Below, one piece after another: positions 1 to 14,338 of a stretch of 64,000 nucleotides of DNA. Made by a program: the position numbers and the translations under genes. The stretch comes from the human T2T-CHM13v2.0 reference genome, Homo sapiens, in NCBI RefSeq assembly GCF_009914755.1, contig NC_060929.1. The stretch is one strand, 5' to 3'. The notes below the pieces were generated by a model. That model had not been told where the DNA came from, ran no database searches, and worked only from the letters and a program-made list of their open reading frames with translations. Within the stretch, counting starts at the first letter, position 1, and the number at the start of each line of letters is the position of its first letter.

Positions 1-216
1 CACGCAGCTTATAATCTCTACAGCCAGTGCCAGGATCTTTAAACTGGATCTACTTCCAGCCTTGGTAGATTCTGGCCAGGGTACTACCACAAAATGCAAT
101 GGGCAAAGGGAGAATCACACTCTTACTGCAACTGCTGTCTCCATGAGTTTCCCCGTCAGTGCAGTCCCAGGCTGGGATGTGTGCCGCCTGGTCATCCAAC
201 ACCTTTGTTTGCTCAA

Positions 217-468
217 TAGCACTGGCTAGGAGCAAAAGCTTTGGAGTCAATCTAGCACACTGGCATTCTGGCTCTTCTGTTTCTCATCCATATAATCCTA
301 AGAAAGTTACTTGGCCTCTTTGTGCCTCAGTTTTTTCATCTCTAAGGTGAGTTAATAATAGTAACTAACCTCACAGCTCTGTGGTGATGATTTAATAAGA
401 TAACCCATGTAAAGTAGTTTAAATATTGTCTGGACTATAGAAAATGTTCAATTAATACAGCTTTTATT
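217..468 (+). mobile_element. MIR SINE
   Basis: MIR core 'aagttacttggcctctttgtgcctcagttttttcatctctaaggtgagttaataatagtaactaacctcacag' followed by a MIR-like 3' end. Confidence 0.8.
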
Positions 469-1577
469 AATTTTATTTTGGTACATATATCCTGCTGGCA
501 GAGTCAGGCAAGAAAAATAGTTCAGATACAATATGGTAAGTGACGAATAAATTATTTGTGATGGGGGCAGAAAGCAGGTTTGAGTGTAGCACCCCTGACT
601 TTCTTATTCAAGAGAGAGGGAATACATATGTTTTAACTACAGTGTTATAAATTAAGCTAAGATGATTTTCATGGTTTTTAAATTTATGACCCAAAAAGTC
701 TTATCTGTTTCCAATGTTAGCAATCCCCTTGCTTCACTCTCCATTTTAATGAGTTTTCCCCTTGAGAATGTTAATGGATTTATTTTTATTTATTTTAAAA
801 TTAATATACTTTATGTAATATGAATAAGAGCAAGTACTTTTCAGTTTAGTACAGAAAGTTTATTTTCCATGGTTTATCTAAGCAGAGTTGGAACAGCAGC
901 AGAGGAGACTGTGCCAACAACTTTTATGAGTTTCATGAGCCTAAATAAATATATTTGTTGTCACAAGTCTCAAACAACAAAATGCTGTGTTAATGGAACA
1001 AAGCTGAAAACTCTTCAAACTAAATTGCAAACAACTATCTGCCACATAAAGAGCCATTTAAGGGAAACTTTCCAATACAATGATGTTCTTTTTCTGCCTC
1101 CCATGTAAGCCAGGAAAGAATAACTAGCTCAAGGAATGTTAACAAAGGTATAGTCTGGAAGGGAGGATCACGCAAGGACATCTGGCTCCTGCTTGTGCTT
1201 TATCCACATGGACTGAAATTCAAACGAAAATACTTTATTGTACAAAAGAAAAACGCTGAGCTGTCTTTTAGTGTACCATTTCATATTATATTGATGTGTT
1301 CTCCTTCCCTTCTTCATTTAAATTAAATGGATATTTAAATTAATGGATGTTTGAACAGAGGAAGTTAACTGAAACAACCTTCTCTTTGCATGTGAAGAAA
1401 TGGTTTATTCCACCAAAGAATAATTTTATCCGCTGTATTACAGAATTAGGAAATTAGATTTGGGAACCAAACTGGCACAGCAGAAATAAACATGGCTGCA
1501 GTGAGCATCATGAGAGGTTTTTTTGAGATCCAGGACCCTAATTGAGCAAAGGGGGATAATAACTGGTTCTCCTTAAA

Positions 1578-1632
1578 ACAGACACACACACACAAACACA
1601 CCACATACATACATACACACACAGAGAGAGAG
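1578..1632. repeat. Imperfect (CA)n/(CATA)n/(GA)n microsatellite
   Basis: Seen directly. Confidence 0.85.
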
Positions 1633-2249
1633 GAAAAGGGAGAAATATGTATTTCTTTCTGCTTTGGGTTCAGATTTACAGCTTACCTAGTTGTCTATAT
1701 CTGAATATGAGGGAAAAAAAGAGTCGCAGGAGAATCAAACAACATAAGCCTCCATGATAGATAGTGACAGACATGTTTCAAACATTAAGTTAGGAGATGA
1801 ATGCTGCCCCCAGCATTAAAACATTTTTAATAAAAACTATATATGCTCAAACTTGATTTTTTGGCAGAATAAGCCTTTCAGAATAAGATTTCTGTTAAGA
1901 AGACATCACAGTGAATGAGCAGAAGACATTTCTTTCTTTTAGCTAAAAAGCAAAGGTCCTTGACATCAGAAGCATTACCTGCAGGTGACCAAAGAGGAAC
2001 CATGACACAGAAGATCTAAACATTTGAAACTGCATTTAATGTTTACATGCTCTTGATCTCTCAATGGCAACCAAAGGAAAATCAAATTATTAACAAAACA
2101 AAAAATGCTAAGATGAAGCAAAAATTCCTTTGAGGAAGACCAGTAGCTTCTTTCCAAATTCAGTTTTAACTCTGGACCCACATTTTACCTTCCATTTGGA
2201 CCTTCAGCCCAAGTCAAATAAACTAACTTATTATATATCCTACTCTCAA

Positions 2250-2410
2250 TTAATCAACATATATTTGTTTGGAGCCTACTAAACTTTTCTAGGCTCTGGG
2301 ATACAGCACTAAAGACAGAGGCTCTGTCCTGAAGGATCTCATTCAAGGGTTGGAGTGAGATAGTTAACAAAAAAATACACACAGAAAATATCAATAACAT
2401 AATGTTTAAC
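2250..2410 (-). mobile_element. L2 3' end fragment
   Basis: 'caacatatatttg...ttctaggctctgggatacagc...ctctgtcctgaaggatctcattc' resembles the reverse complement of the L2 3' terminus. Confidence 0.6.
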
Positions 2411-2863
2411 GATTAATAAGCTAATTGCAGTTTCTTGTTAAGGATACCACCATTTTCCTAATTACTCAGACCCAAAATACTGAACTTACTTTTCTTATTT
2501 CTGAACAGACCTAGTAACTTAAAGACCAAAAAAGGTTTTTAAAGAGAATTTAATTGCTGTGTGAGCAGAAACATGAAATGTGCTACTGTAAAAACAGGAA
2601 GAACATCATCTTAAATCTGCCAATAGTACTATGTTTTATATTTGCACTGTAATTCACATAATAAATTAAAATATTTTACCTTTGATAGTTGATCAAAAGT
2701 AATTGCTATAGTTATATTTTTATTTAGAGCAAACATTACATTTATGGCAAGATTTTTACAGACACTACATTATCCATAAAACTGACTACAATTCAAAACC
2801 TGTCACTAAGTGTAGCAACTGTTTATAGTTTTTCCAGATATATTATACTACTGATTACATTAA

Positions 2864-3210
<347 letters not shown>

Positions 3211-5319
3211 CACTTGTTCTTTTATATAAAGAAACAATATTACCCAAATAAAATTGAAAATAGCTGCTTTTAAGAAATATTTAAATAAATATGCCTTATA
3301 CACAAGTAAGGCCTTCATAAAACCTTTATATTTCAAATTCTAATCACTACTTCTTCCAATTCTGCTATTCCCCACCAATCCCAAATATTAAATCACATAA
3401 TTATTTCTGGGCAATGGTTAAATGGATTTGGCTGCCTGGGCAGGAAGCAAAGAAAGGCACGACTGGATTCAGGGCTTTGGGTGGTGCCTACGTGCTATCA
3501 ATGTCCCTCTTTCCTAAAGAACATAGGCAAGTGGTGAATAAAGACTTGTACTGTCTTTCTCCCATGTCTGGCTTGGCTCTGTATGCTGCTTTGATGAAAT
3601 GTAACATAGAAAAGCCTCATTCCATTTTTAACTAAGAAGAAATACATTGTTCGATGTGCATTAGAAATGTCACAACTACTATAATCAGTCAGTGGCTGTG
3701 CCTTCTCATCTATAATCAAACTTTGTTCCCAAGTACATCTAGTTTAGATATTAGTCCAGAAGTAAAAAGTGAAAGGGAGTGAGAAAAGTTTGAGCAACAC
3801 AATCAACTTACAAAAAGCCAGGAGAAAAAATACAAAAAGCGGCCAGGAAAAAGCAGCACAACCCAGAATTTCTGCAGATCCCTGAGTTTTTGGTCTAATG
3901 TGGGTGCTTCTTCAGGTAATTCAGATATTTTTTCATGTCTTCCAAGTGTTACTTTCACCTTTCCACTACAGGCTGACTTTGACTATCGACAGTGTATTTA
4001 AGTAGTATAAGACACTTGGGCATTCTTGTAAACAATTTCACAGAGAATTTATTTGGTCCTTAAAATAATCAACTATGTTTTTTTAAACTTTCTTCCTAGA
4101 GGGAGCATGAAATTAATTTGTAATTACATAAAATGTATATAACTATAACAATTAATTTGGAGCTAAGTATACATGAACCAGGGCAAATGAAAAAAAACAG
4201 GATAATACATGTCTCAAGGATTTATAAGATTATGGTTTCTGGCATTGAAACAATGGCATATGTACCCACATTCTATCTCTTATGAAATAATATAGTTCAT
4301 ACTGCTGTTTATCTTCTATAATTAAACTTTAGATTTTGCCTCTTCCCATTTTCTTTTTTACAAAGAGGAATGCAGCTGTTTACAACCAATCAACAAAAAA
4401 TAAACTACTTTTGGAAAGAGAAAGAGCAAAAGACTTAATTTGACTTGATGATAATGCTTATGTCACAAAAAATGAGAACAGTTATACTCTATTGCCTTTA
4501 GAAAACTGCCTTAGATGAAATAAATTTATTTAAGTAACATAACTGAAAAGATAAACATTGTATCAAAACTACTAGAATCATCAAAACTATTCTAAATATC
4601 CATGATCATTGAAGCCACATGCACTTAGAAACTTCTTGAATTTTATAAAAATGATACAGGTTTTGATCACAGATATATATAACAAATAAATTTATTCTAT
4701 TAAGAACTGCTAATGGAATTTACATTTCAATATTATAATCCATATTTAATATTGCAGAAAAGTATTAGGTTTTTTGATATCTTTATTTGAGCAAGCTATT
4801 CTTTATTGAGATATTTGTAGTGGTAATTTCCAAACCCTTCCTGAATCAATAATCCATTTAAAAAAATTTGATGGCCAAACAATATTCAGTATACCAATTA
4901 GAGTATTTTATTTTATAATATATGACACGGTGCCAACTACTAACACATCATTTACACATGATACTGTATTTCACTTGGACTTCTTATTTCTATCTCAATT
5001 TTCGTTTTTGATATAACTTTATAAGTGAAATGGAAACCTACTTTATTAAGAAGAAACATAAATGGCTGGATTACTCCCATTCTCAATGCAACACAACTGA
5101 GATAACAAACTAGATGCAAATGCTCATTGACTCTTTTCAAATCAAACCCACTAAGGCTACAATACACAAACACAGAACTACTCTAGGCTTAAACCTATGC
5201 TTTCATAGTAGATAAAGAGTTTTAATTGTGACCAGTAGTCTTCAAAATTTCAAATGAAGTCCTGTTTTTCTTGCATTAAAGTCACAATTAGGCATGCTTC
5301 CCAAAGTAGAGAGACTCAC

Positions 5320-5445
5320 CTTCACATTTCTGAGTAGTTTCACTCTGTTTGTGACCAGCAGGGCATCTGCATTCAAAAGAGCCCACTGTATTGATACAGT
5401 TTCCTCCTTGGCATATCCCTGGGATAGCCTGGCATTCATCAACAT
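5320..5445 (-). CDS. FBN2: FBN2 internal coding exon (126 bp, probably exon 7): calcium-binding EGF-like domain 1
   Basis: The minus strand reads ...gttttcttcttgcAG | AT GTT GAT GAA TGC ... AAA TGT GAA G | GTgagt. Translation is (D)[41 protein letters not shown], with the cbEGF consensus D-x-D-E-C and C-x-N-T-x-G-S-F-x-C. It is in frame with the upstream exon. The ORF track does not show this reading frame. Confidence 0.97.
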
Positions 5446-5688
5446 CTGCAAGAAGAAAACATTTTGAACACAGATGACACTGGTTTTCAGAATATCTATA
5501 CTTTTTTTTACTATAAAAACTTTATATAAACATTCTTCTAAGAAACTCAGTTTTTCTCAAGAGAGTGGGGTTAGAGAAGTAAAACACCTTTGTATGCATA
5601 TGTTTTAATTTATGTAAATGGTATCATGTTATATATCTTAGTTTGTTTCTTAATTTTCCTTTTAGAATTTTGTTTTTAAGATCCATCC

Positions 5689-6763
5689 TGTTGTGGGAAG
5701 TCAGGGACCCCGAACGGAGGGACCGGCTGAAGCCATGGCAGAAGCATGGAAATTGTGAAGATTTCATGGACATTTATTAATTCCCCAAATTAACACTTTT
5801 ATCATTTCTTACGCCTGTCTTTACTGCAATCTCTGAACATAAATTGTGAAGATTTCATGGACATTTATCACTTCCCCAATCAATATTCTTGTGATTTCCT
5901 ATGTCTGTCTTTACTTTAATCTCTTAATCCTGTCATCTTCGTAAGCTGAGGATGTAGGTCGCCTCAGGACCCTGTGATGATTGCGTTAACGGCACAAATT
6001 GTTTAAACGATATGAAATCTAGGCACCTTGAAAAAAGAACAGGATAACAGCGATGTTCAGGGAATAAGGGAGATAACCATTAGGTCTGGCTGCCTGAGAG
6101 CTGGGTGGAACAGAGCCATATTTCTCTTCTTTCAAAAGCAAATAGGAGAAATATCGCTGAATTCATTTTCTCAGCAAGAAACAGCCCTGAGAAAGAGAAT
6201 GCGTTCCTAGGGGGAGGTCTCTGAAATGGCTGCTCTGGGACTGTCTCTCTTTTACAGTTGTAGATAAGGGATGAAATAAGCCCCGGTCTCCCTTAGTGCT
6301 CCCAGGCGTACTATGTACCAGGATGAGGAAATTCCCGCCTAATAAATTTTGGTCAGACTGGTTGTCTGCTCTCAAATCCTGTCTCCTGATAAGATGTTAT
6401 CAATGACAATGCATGCCCGAAACTTCATTAGCAATTTTAATTTCGGCCCGGTCCTGCGATCTTGCCCTGCCTCCATTTGTCTTGTAATATTTTATTACCT
6501 TGTGAAGCATGTGATCTCTGTGACCCACAGCCTATTCGTACACTCTCTCCCCTTTGAAAATCACTAATAAAAACTTGCTGGTTTTGCGGCTTGTGGGGCA
6601 TCACGGCACCTGCCGACATGTGATGTCTCCCCCGGATACCCAGCTTTAAAATTTCTCTCTTTTGTACTCTTTCCCTTTATTTCTCAGACTGGCCAACACT
6701 TAGGGAAATAGAAAAGAACCTACGTGAAATAACATTGAATTATTGGGGGCGGGTTCCCCCATA
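5689..6763 (+). mobile_element. MER11 (HERV-K HML-8 family) solo LTR, 1075 bp
   Basis: It starts TGTTGTGGGAAGTCAGGGACCCCGAACGGAGGGACCGGCTGAAGCC and ends GGGCGGGTTCCCCCATA. There is an internal repeated 'aaattgtgaagatttcatggacattta' and AATAAA at 6566-6571. TSD catcc at 5684-5688 and 6764-6768. Confidence 0.88.
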
Positions 6764-7142
6764 CATCCATACTGTTATGTGGACAATCTGTTGCTTCAGT
6801 TGGCTGCAGAACACTTAATGTGTTTCCTCTCCTGATCATGGGCACTTGGTTTATCTTTAGCTTCTCAAAACCTCAGTGAATGGTACAGTGAATGTCTCCA
6901 CTACGTTTCTTTGTGGAATGACTATGGACATTGAGGACTCAGATTCTTTATCACTTTGCTGTAGACCCAGAGCAGAATTACTAGATCATAGGGTATAATG
7001 AATAAATAGTGTCCAGTGGTCCTTCAGAATGCCTGCAGGAGTCTTCATACCACTAGCAGTCTACACACCTCTACTGTTCATGAAGACTCCTGCATTTCTT
7101 CTTTCCTGCCAATACATGATATTACTATCCAATATCCTAATT

Positions 7143-7452
7143 TTCTTTCTTTTTTTTTTTTAGACCAAGTTTTGCTCTTGTTGCCCAGGCTGGAGTGTGC
7201 AGTGGCGTGATCTTGACTCACTGAAACCTCCACCTCCCAGGTTCAAGCGATTCTCCTGCCTCAGCCTTCCTGAGTAGCTGGGATTACAGGCATGCACCAC
7301 CACGCCCGGCTAATTTTGTATTTTTAGTAGAGATGGGGTTTCTCCATGTTGGTCAGGCTGGTCTTGATCTCCTGACCTCAGATGATCTGCCCGCCTCGGC
7401 CTCCCAAATTGCTGGGATTACAGGCATGAGCCATGAGCCACCGTGCCTGGCC
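7143..7452 (-). mobile_element. AluS (AluSp-like)
   Basis: Full-length Alu with 'tttctccatgttggtcaggctgg'. 15-bp TSD tccaatatcctaatt at 7128-7142 and 7453-7467. Confidence 0.9.
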
Positions 7453-7799
7453 TCCAATATCCTAATTGTCTTGTATTGTAAAGGAATATTGTAATATTGT
7501 AAATATTGTAATATTTGTAATATTATAAATACCCTAATATTGTAAAGGAATACTAATTATTACTTTAGTTTTCATTTCTCTAATTACTAGCTCCTACACT
7601 TACTAGCTTTTTTATTTCCTCATGTGAAAGTTGTCTATATTCCTTGAACACTCTTATATTGGAATTGTTGGAATTGTCGTCCTCTTACTCTAAATTTAAA
7701 ATTTCAGTTTTAGACATTGAAATTATCATCCTATCCTTTAAATTGTCTATTAATTTCATCCACATAGGAACAGAAATCCTTAGTATTGACATAATAAAA

Positions 7800-9575
7800 T
7801 TCACGAAGCATTAATAAAGAATTTTTGGACTTTAAATGTAAAAGGAAGCTCTTCAGGTAAAATAAAAGTGAGATTAAAATTCTAACCTACACACAGAAAA
7901 TGAAAAGCAGTAGGAATGGTAATATGTTAATAGAGATAAAATATATTTTCTTATTTTTTAATTAACCTTAACAGAATTGATTTTTCCAAGCAACAACAAC
8001 AATAACGTATTTTGGATGTTATAACACATAGAAGTAAAAAGCATAACAACAATAACATGAAAAATTGAAGAGGTAAATGGTACCATTGTAAAGTTATTAC
8101 ATTATAAGTGAAGTGGCATTATACTATTATACTATATAATAGTATAATTATACAGTATACTATATAGTATACGTATAATTACATAGTATACTGTATAATT
8201 TATAGTATACTATATAATAGTATACTGTATAATTATATAGTATACTATATAATAGTATACTGTATAATTATATAGTATACTATATAATAGTATACTATTA
8301 AACTATGGCATAATAATATTATACTATTTGAAAATAGAATGTAGTAAGTTAAATACGTATAAACACTAAAAAATAAGCAGAGATATAGCTAATAATCCAA
8401 CTGTGGAGATAAACTGCAATACAAGAATATACACTATTAATCTAAGAGTCAGGCAAAGAGAAAAAGAGTAACAAAGAATAGGTGAGACAGACACGAGATA
8501 GTAAAATGACAGATTTAAACACAATAAAATTGATAATCATATGAGATGTCAGTGGTACGAAAAATTCCATTAAAAAGTCTGATTGTCAGATTTTTAAAAA
8601 GCAAGACTCAATTTTAGGCTGTCTACAAGAAAACTCCTTTGACATCTTAAAAAGTAAAGAGATGAAAAAGATATATTAAGAATTCAATTAAAAAAATCTG
8701 GAATGGCTATGTTAATACTATAAGTAGTACTCATCACGACAAGTAATAAAGTGTGTGGATAAAAATGGACATTGCATAATGACAAAGGGGTCAATTCATC
8801 AAGAAGACATGATAATGCTAACTGTGCATGCATGATTATAAAGCATTAAACTCCTGGAGCAAGGGTAATTTCAGCAGATAAAGCTGAAAACAGAAATAGA
8901 TAACCTGCAAGTATGTGGAAATTTCCACATTCTTCTCTTAACTAAAAGAATAAGTAGACTGAAAATCATCAGGGATATATTAGACTTGAACCATATTTTC
9001 AACCAACTTGTCCTAGTTGACATTTATAGAATACTCCACCTCACTTAAGCAGAGCACACATTCTTATCAAGTGCCCACAGAATATTTACCAAGAAAGACT
9101 ATATTCTGAGGCCATGTAAAAGGTTCATTAAATGTAAAAGAAAGTTAAAATAATCCAAAATATGTTCTCCAAACACAACAGAGTTAAACTAGAAAGTAAT
9201 AAAGGAAAAAATCTGGAACAACCTCAAATATCTGAAATTTAAACAATATACTTTGAAACAATGCACAGGTCAAAGAAAAAAAATCACATGGAGAAATAGA
9301 ACATATTTTGAATTAACTTAAAATGAAGATACACCATATCAAAATTTGCAGGATGCAGCTAAAGTGGTGCTTAGAGGTAAATGTATAGCATTAAAATGCT
9401 TATAGTACAAAAAGAGAAGCTTCTTAAATCAATGATCTCAGTTTCCATATTAAGACATTTTAAAAAGAAGAGCAAATTAAACCCAAAGTAAATGGAATCA
9501 ATAAAATAATGATGATAAAATACAAAAAAATAGAGATAATCAATTACTATAAAACCTGGCTTTTGGAAATACAAG
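7800..9575 (+). mobile_element. Old L1M fragment (ORF1 end / ORF2 endonuclease region), degraded
   Basis: Remnant L1 ORF2 motifs: 'ggctgtctacaagaaac', 'gacaaaggggtcaattcatcaagaagacat', 'aatactccacc...gcagagcacacattctt', 'ggatgcagctaaagtggtgcttagagg'. Confidence 0.75.
8119..8298. repeat. AT-rich quasi-palindromic minisatellite (35-bp unit)
   Basis: The unit tatagtatactatataatagtatactgtataatta is repeated exactly at 8201-8235 and 8236-8270, partially at 8271-8296, with degenerate or inverted copies at 8119-8200. Confidence 0.85.
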
Positions 9576-10211
9576 TAAAAAAATCAGTTGATTTTTATAA
9601 TAAACACTGTATATAAAAATAAATGTGAATTTACACAAATTTGTTACACTCTCTTCAAACTTACAAGCTTACATAATAGATTTATTAATGCTATATACTT
9701 AATTACAAAATAACATATCTCATTGCAACAAATGTTAAAGATACAGAAAATAGAAAATTAAAGAAATAACCATCAATATAAATTTGCTTCTGTCTTTTTA
9801 GACTTTTATTCACACACATATTCAGGATGATGGTCTGTTTATTTAACGAGAATAAAACCATAGTATATGTGTTTTTCTGCATCTTGTTTTTCTTCATTAT
9901 AAAATATTTCATGAACACATCTCTGTGTCAGTACATATCAATTTGCCCTATTATTTTTTGGTAAGCTCAAAAGTTCTGTATATCTCAGTGTGTAAATTAG
10001 TGAATTCAAGCCTACAGATTATTTCTTCCTCCTATTAGCTATATCTATTGAACTAATTACAAAAGTCCAAAGTATTTTTGTACTGAATTAAAGTAGATTT
10101 CAGTGTCTTATTAAAGGATACATGATGTAAACAAAAATCAACTATGAATACAATATATGGCAAGAAGTCTATATACTAAACATTCTAATTCAGCACATTT
10201 TAAACCTCATT

Positions 10212-10527
<316 letters not shown>

Positions 10528-11547
10528 TAAACCTCATTTTTAAATGTACTACACTCCCACTCTCATTACAGTGTGGTATAAAAGAGCTCTAGAAACTTGT
10601 TTTCCTGGCAGATAAATCAGAGAAAAAATATGGTAAAAGCTGAAAAATGAGACCAAGTCTATAAAACCTTAACATTATTCATAAAATTGTATGCTGCATA
10701 CGGATTATAGTAGATTCAGTGATTTTTCAAAAAGAAAAACAATCCAGCATCATAGGATTTATTCTGTAACTGCCTAAAAAGTATTTTTTTAGAAGAACGA
10801 AACCCTTATTTTTGAAGTCTCCTAGGCTCTGCAGTTATGTAGAATTAATTTCTTTTAGTTAGATCAAGTTAGCAGTTAAAATAAAAAAGAAAATTTAAAA
10901 GAAATTATATAGAAATAACCAAAAAATAACCACTTTGGACCAAGATGTGCTCTTTATAAATATAAAAAAGCATGCCTCAAGCCTTCAAACTATGCAAGAA
11001 TTTCTACATCTGCAAAGTCCTATCACAAGCAACTACTAATGATTGATTAATTCTCCAATGACCAGACTGTACAGATGTTATCTTTGCTCATTCCTTCGAT
11101 TCAGGCAAAAACTTACTATTTCTTTAAATTTTGAATTATTCCAAATCACATGTAACAATTTTATAGAACACAATTATATATTTTGAAATTTATACCTTAT
11201 GCAATAACGTCAGTCCATGTCTATTAAGGTTAAAAATAATGTAACAAAGCAACAATAATTCTAGTTTATAACCTCATTTATTCTCCAAATTCTCCGTGTA
11301 AACTTGTTCTAAAAAATTAAACTTATTTTATTACATAAATTATTATTAGATGATATATTATTTTTAGTTCATGTCCAAATATGGAAAATATGTGCAGTAT
11401 TATAGGCATATAAAAATGGTTCATTTAATTTATATGTGTAGCAACCAGGGGACATAGAAATTACTACTATATTTCATAGCGTGTTTTTTAACTTTTCTTG
11501 TTACCAAATTAGATCCATTTCTAATTTTAATTTTTTTACATTGAACT

Positions 11548-11756
11548 TGCTTTTTCTTTTCAATTTTTATGGTTTCGGGGATACAGGTGTGGGTTTGTTA
11601 TGTGAATATATTGCATAATGGTAAGGTTTGGGCTTCTAGTTAACCCATTATCCAAATAGTGAAAACTCAGTAGGTACTCAATAGGTAATTTTTCAGTCCT
11701 CATCCCTCCTCTCAGCCTCCCTACTTTTGGAGTCCCCAGTGCTTATTATTTCCATT
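11548..11756 (-). mobile_element. L1 (L1PB/L1MA-type) 3' end fragment
   Basis: 'ggggatacaggtgtgggtttgttatgtgaatatattgcataatggt...gtccccagtgcttattatttcc' is typical of an antisense L1 3' UTR. Confidence 0.7.
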
Positions 11757-12089
11757 AGTAAACAGAAATTCTTATTTCTATACTCTGTAGATATTCACAC
11801 ATAATATTTTATTCCTATGAAAACAAATGTCTAACTTTAAGGGCAGCAACTAAATAATAGGTCTATTTCTATTTGGAATCTGAAACATATGGGGTGTCCT
11901 AGCAATCATTTAATATGGTTTGATCCATAATGAATATCTACTCATGTATGATACACAAAATTCAAATGTTAAAATGATCATCAAAACAAGTATATATTGG
12001 TAACTTGATATCTGCAGGACCCTGAAATTGTAATAACAAGAACAGAGCATGGTTCTATCTCGATCTTATCTTCACAAATATCACCATCG

Positions 12090-12345
12090 TGTTCCAGCTG
12101 TTAAAGTCAGAAGCCTAAGAGAGAAACTTGGCATGTTCCTCTCACTTATGTCACATCACTTCATCAGCAACAACTGCTTACTTTCCAAGAATATCTCAAA
12201 TCTTTCCTCTGCTACTACCCGGTCTCAGCCTCCATCATATAGCACCTGGACTACTGCAGAAACTTTATAACTGGCTTCTTGGCATCCACTCTGGCCTTCC
12301 TATAACTGATGCTCCACAAAGCATCATTGCTTTAAATTTCCATTA
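12090..12345 (+). mobile_element. L2 fragment
   Basis: 'cagcctccatcatatagcacctggactactgcagaaactttataactggcttcttggcatccactctggcc' resembles L2. Confidence 0.55.
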
Positions 12346-14338
12346 AAAATGTTGTTTTTAATTTCCTTGAGATAAGAGAGAAGTATATAAACTTTGCATT
12401 TATTTGGGTAGTAATTCTTTGAAGCATGTTCATACCCGCCTTTTACTTATGTTTTCTTTTTTTGTTGTTGGTTTTCTTTTTTTTCAGTTTTTATATGCAG
12501 GCCTTTCTCTTTATTATTCATCTCTCAATGCAGCCATTTCCTGCTGAAATGCAGAGTGGGGAAGGCTCAAAGGAAACGTGTTGGTTTGAAACTTCCACAA
12601 GGCATAGTCCTGAAACAGTTTGTCACCAAACTCCTCCCCCAACTTTTTTTTCCCTTGAGCATCAATTTTCAACTGTCAGTTGGTGGTGTGACTCTTATAT
12701 TTACAGATTACTTGCTAGTGGTCCATACTTCCTCTTTGTCCTTCCACCCTCCTGTACCTCACTCAAGGAGTGTCTCTGGGATGGAAGACTGGGAGTAGAA
12801 TACTCAGAAATGGCTTGCCCCCCCCCCAAGTTTCTCCTTCCATTACCCTCTGTTACTGTGAGGTTCTGAAGTAGATCTGTCTCTTATGGGAACATCTCCT
12901 CCTCTCCAATAGAACATCCACAATCCTAGCTCTCTGCTCTTAGTAGGTTCAAACACCTTTCAGGATTATGACACTCAGAGTAAATGCTTAGAAAACTCTC
13001 CCTGTCCCAGTGACTTCCCAACAGCTACATGTGCTCATCACTGGTTTTGTTCCAGGATTTTGTTTTAGAATGATGTGTTGTTCTCTATTATTCATTTTCA
13101 TGTTAGTTTTTTGTGGGGTTAGAAGAAGAGGAATATTCTGTTATCTTTAAATAGGAGTTTCTATAATTGAGTTTGCTTTAAAGTTTTTTAATTGTTTAGG
13201 AATAACTTGTGTTAATACAGCATGAATTAAAGTTAGACTTTATAATGATCTCGTTAACTTGGTTAATGTAGGCAGCCAAGATGAATTTGTTTTGGCTGTA
13301 ACTATCTTTAATAATTTATTCTAATCAAATAAATCAGATAATAGCCAAGTTTACTTTTTACTTGGCTATGTGGAAGGCTTGGAAATAACTTTCTACTCAG
13401 GGCGTCTTCTGCTCATTCAACAATTGAGGAGCTAGCAACATCTGCCTGATTTCAGCTGAGATTAAAGTCCTCTACTCTCTCACATGCAGTCAGACTAAAG
13501 AAATTATGTTTCTGGTGCACTAACGCCATATGAAAAGAACACACACCAGCATTTGTTTTGCAGAAACCAATTTAGGGTCTGTATTGCTATTTCTTTATTC
13601 ATGACCTTATCCTGTGTCCTAGCTAGGGCCTGTGTCAAATATGTGAATTCCTGTGCATTTCACATTACCTGGAAAGGAGCAGAGGCTTGGCATCAATGTT
13701 ATTATCATCAATGATGAAGCAAGAGATGAAATTTCACAAACAATTTTCTTCTGCTATACCTTCAGTTTTGAAGCATTTGAAGTAGTTTAAAAGCCTAATC
13801 CCTAAATATCACATGGTACAAAAATTAATAATTATGCCAGTTTAATTTTAATATATTTAAAAAAATTTTAGGAGCACCCTGTTCATTTGAAAACCTAAAA
13901 GATCCAAAGCCAAGTACTAATCTTAAACAAAATGTCACTCCTAATTAGAGTAGGTTCATGAGACTAAAGACAAAAAAAGAAGAAACTTTGTAAGAAAATT
14001 ATACATCATATGCACATGGCAATTTGTTATATATTTAAAGTTCACAAATATTATTGGAAAAGGGCTTAATGACACTATTAACATTTTTAATTCACTTGTT
14101 TTATGATAGCTTAAATTTTAAGTCCTGTATGAGTTAACTTTGGTCCTTTAATGTATAATAAAATGGAAGAAAGTAGATTAAATGTGGATTAAGCACAACG
14201 GCTAAAACTCAAATGGCTCTCAATATTAAAGCCATCAAGAATTGATATGACTGATTTCATACCACGCTAGGAGGGCACACCTTTCTGACACTACTTAAGT
14301 CCAGAATGTTAGCATGGCAACAGTTTAAAGTAAAATGT

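Noticed and set aside
5242-5451. 69-aa ORF overlapping the cbEGF exon
   Set aside because: It is the wrong frame of the real exon. The cbEGF frame is bounded by splice sites.
5750-5880. Direct repeat inside the LTR as a novel duplication
   Set aside because: As far as I recall it is an intrinsic feature of MER11 LTRs, not locus-specific.
8119-8298. CRISPR-like repeat array
   Set aside because: The units are contiguous with no unique spacers, the context is a eukaryotic intron, and there are no cas genes.
12426-12869. 147-aa hydrophobic ORF
   Set aside because: The Phe/Leu-rich N-terminus comes from T-rich low-complexity DNA, and there is no recognisable family.
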